A stretch of DNA of 61,554 bases, the filler included, from Thermodesulfobacteriota bacterium (lineage in GTDB: Bacteria > DASVDK01), in NCBI GenBank assembly GCA_036381125.1. It is 6 parts of 6 records of this genome, joined end to end, with 100 filler letters (N's around TTAATTAATTAA, not from the genome) between each part and the next. Parts side by side here need not be neighbours in the genome. Positions count along the whole stretch, not along the records: positions 54,071 to 61,554 come from DASVDK010000365.1; 5 more parts are not named here. One strand, 5' to 3'. The translations under genes were made by a program, and so were the position numbers. Each line of letters begins with the position of its first letter. The first letter of the stretch is position 1. Below are positions 60,428 through 61,554 of the stretch, piece by piece. A model generated the notes under the pieces. That model did not search any database, was not told the DNA's origin, and saw nothing but the letters and a program-made list of their open reading frames with translations.

Positions 60428-60514
60428 CATTTCCACGGGGTCAGGTCTTTCCATTTTCCTGGGGGTCAGGTCTTTCCATTTTCCACGGGGTCAGGTCTTT
60501 CCGTTTTCCACGGG
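60428..60514 (+). repeat. Tandem repeat, 25-bp period, about 3.4 copies
   Basis: Units GGGGTCAGGTCTTTCC(A/G)TTTTCC(TG/AC) start at 60437, 60462 and 60487. Confidence 0.95.
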
Positions 60515-60557
60515 CGGCAGCCGGCTCGTCCCGCGCTTCACCGCGGTGGGATCCCCC

Positions 60558-61409
60558 CTAGGTGCCCTGCACGCGGCGCTGCAGGACGAGGGTGAGGGCG
60601 AAGCCGGCCACCCCGCCGAGCGCGAGCGCGCCGCCGCCGTGCAGGGCGATCAGGAGCCCGTCGAGGAGCGAGATGCCGGCGATGAGGCTCGCGACGGCGT
60701 GCGGGATGAACGGGGGCCTGCGGACCAGGAGCGACACGGCCCGGACGGTCCAGAGCGCGAGCGCCGCCGCGAGCGCCAGGGCAAGGAGGCCTCCGGCCGG
60801 CGCTCGCGCGGCGTAGTAGACGAGCGGGCCGGCCAGGCAGGCGAGCGGCCAGAGCCCCTTCACCTCGGTGAGGGTCTCCTGCTTCGCCGCGTAGGTGAGG
60901 CCGACCAGGTAGGCGAAGAGCGCCGCGGCACCGACGGCCGCCGCCCCGCCAACCCTCCCCGACGCGGCGAGGGCGGCCGTCACGTAAACGAGCACCCGGC
61001 AGAGCCCCATGAGGAGCGGGGAGAACGGGTTGCCCTTGTGCCACGCGTCGTAGACGACGACGGCGGCCCCGAGCGCCGCGCCCGCGCCGGCGGCCCGCGG
61101 CCCGCCTGCGGCGGCGACCAGGGCGAGGCCCGCGCCGAGGAGGGCGAACCCCACGGCGAACGCCTCGCGGGCGGCGACGCGACCCGACGGGATCGGCCGC
61201 TCGGGGCGCATCGCGGCGTCCCATCTCCGGTCGAAGGCGTCGTTGAGGAACATTCCGCCGAGATAGAACGCCGAGAGCGCGGCGACGAGCGCGCCGAGCC
61301 GGCCGGGTGACACCTGGCCGCCCGAGAGCACGACCCCGGCCAGGACGTTCGTCCAGACGGTCGGCAGGTTCGAGACCCGCCCGAGCTCGAGGTAGGCGCG
61401 GCGCCTCAC
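60558..61409 (-). CDS. UbiA family prenyltransferase (EboC-like)
   Basis: R.SNLPTVWTNVLAG, GGMFLNDAFDRRWD...RPERPIPSG, YDAWHK, MGLCR, LIAGISLLD. Confidence 0.9.
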   Translation of the reverse strand: MRRRAYLELGRVSNLPTVWTNVLAGVVLSGGQVSPGRLGALVAALSAFYLGGMFLNDAFDRRWDAAMRPERPIPSGRVAAREAFAVGFALLGAGLALVAAAGGPRAAGAGAALGAAVVVYDAWHKGNPFSPLLMGLCRVLVYVTAALAASGRVGGAAAVGAAALFAYLVGLTYAAKQETLTEVKGLWPLACLAGPLVYYAARAPAGGLLALALAAALALWTVRAVSLLVRRPPFIPHAVASLIAGISLLDGLLIALHGGGALALGGVAGFALTLVLQRRVQGT

Positions 61410-61542
61410 GGCGCCGCTTCCTTCAACGGCTCGCGGCCGGCGTCCGCTCCGGCCGGGGTGAACCCGGCCTCCGCTCGTCGGCGCGCCTGCGGCGCGCCAA
61501 CCGCCTGAGGCCGCTCGCCTCGGCGGCGCCTCACGGCGCCGC
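61398..61542. repeat. 20-bp direct repeat (itself palindromic) flanking a 105-bp hairpin-rich insert
   Basis: GCGGCGCCTCACGGCGCCGC at 61398-61417 and 61523-61542. Confidence 0.8.
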
Positions 61543-61554
61543 CTCCAGCCGGGC
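61531..61554 (-). CDS. 3' end of an unidentified upstream gene (...ARLEAAP*)
   Basis: Open frame from the window edge to TGA, with GGAGG before a GTGA junction. Confidence 0.35.
   Translation of the reverse strand, partial: ARLEAAP

Noticed and set aside
60428-60514. CRISPR array
   Set aside because: The units abut with a 25-bp period and no unique spacers, and there are no cas genes in the window.

Overview
The window is not contiguous DNA. It is six very GC-rich bacterial contigs joined by artificial 100-nt spacers (N44-TTAATTAATTAA-N44), so linkage across spacers means nothing. Contig 1 (1-10823) is a deltaproteobacterial-type core region: parA-parB-bactofilin-atp(F'F)HAGDC, an antisense MXAN_5187-C-like gene, and glmU-glmS. 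The two peripheral-stalk subunits b' and b are fused in one ORF. Contig 2 (10924-13768) has a sugar/sorbosone dehydrogenase, a stand-alone divergent IF-1, an M20 peptidase and a D-amino-acid oxidoreductase. Contig 3 (13869-24448) has an RND pair, an orphan kinase behind a sigma54-like promoter, and an operon with an FNR-type box (His-motif membrane protein, DUF59, tandem DUF2249, Cys-rich PAS-GAF-GAF-SARP regulator). Contig 4 (24549-49022) is a large organic-acid/amide catabolic region with three MmgE/PrpD proteins, TcuA, PrpF, an SDR, an amidase with a small partner ORF, an asparaginase, a TTT transporter, two ABC transporters and GntR. One MmgE/PrpD protein closely resembles animal ACOD1/IRG1 (itaconate-forming cis-aconitate decarboxylase) and lies in a tcuA-prpF operon; this is the best candidate for an undescribed system. 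Contig 5 (49123-53970) is a low-oxygen-type cluster: CBS, BCAM0308, TraR/DksA, Hsp20, an APC antiporter and arginine deiminase. Contig 6 (54071-61554) has an SCS/ACL-like CoA ligase with a TTT transporter, a type III PKS/DUF1054 pair bracketed by a GGGGTCAG repeat, an EboC-like prenyltransferase, and a small palindromic insert with a 20-bp duplication. All calls come from reading motifs by eye; no database searches were run.
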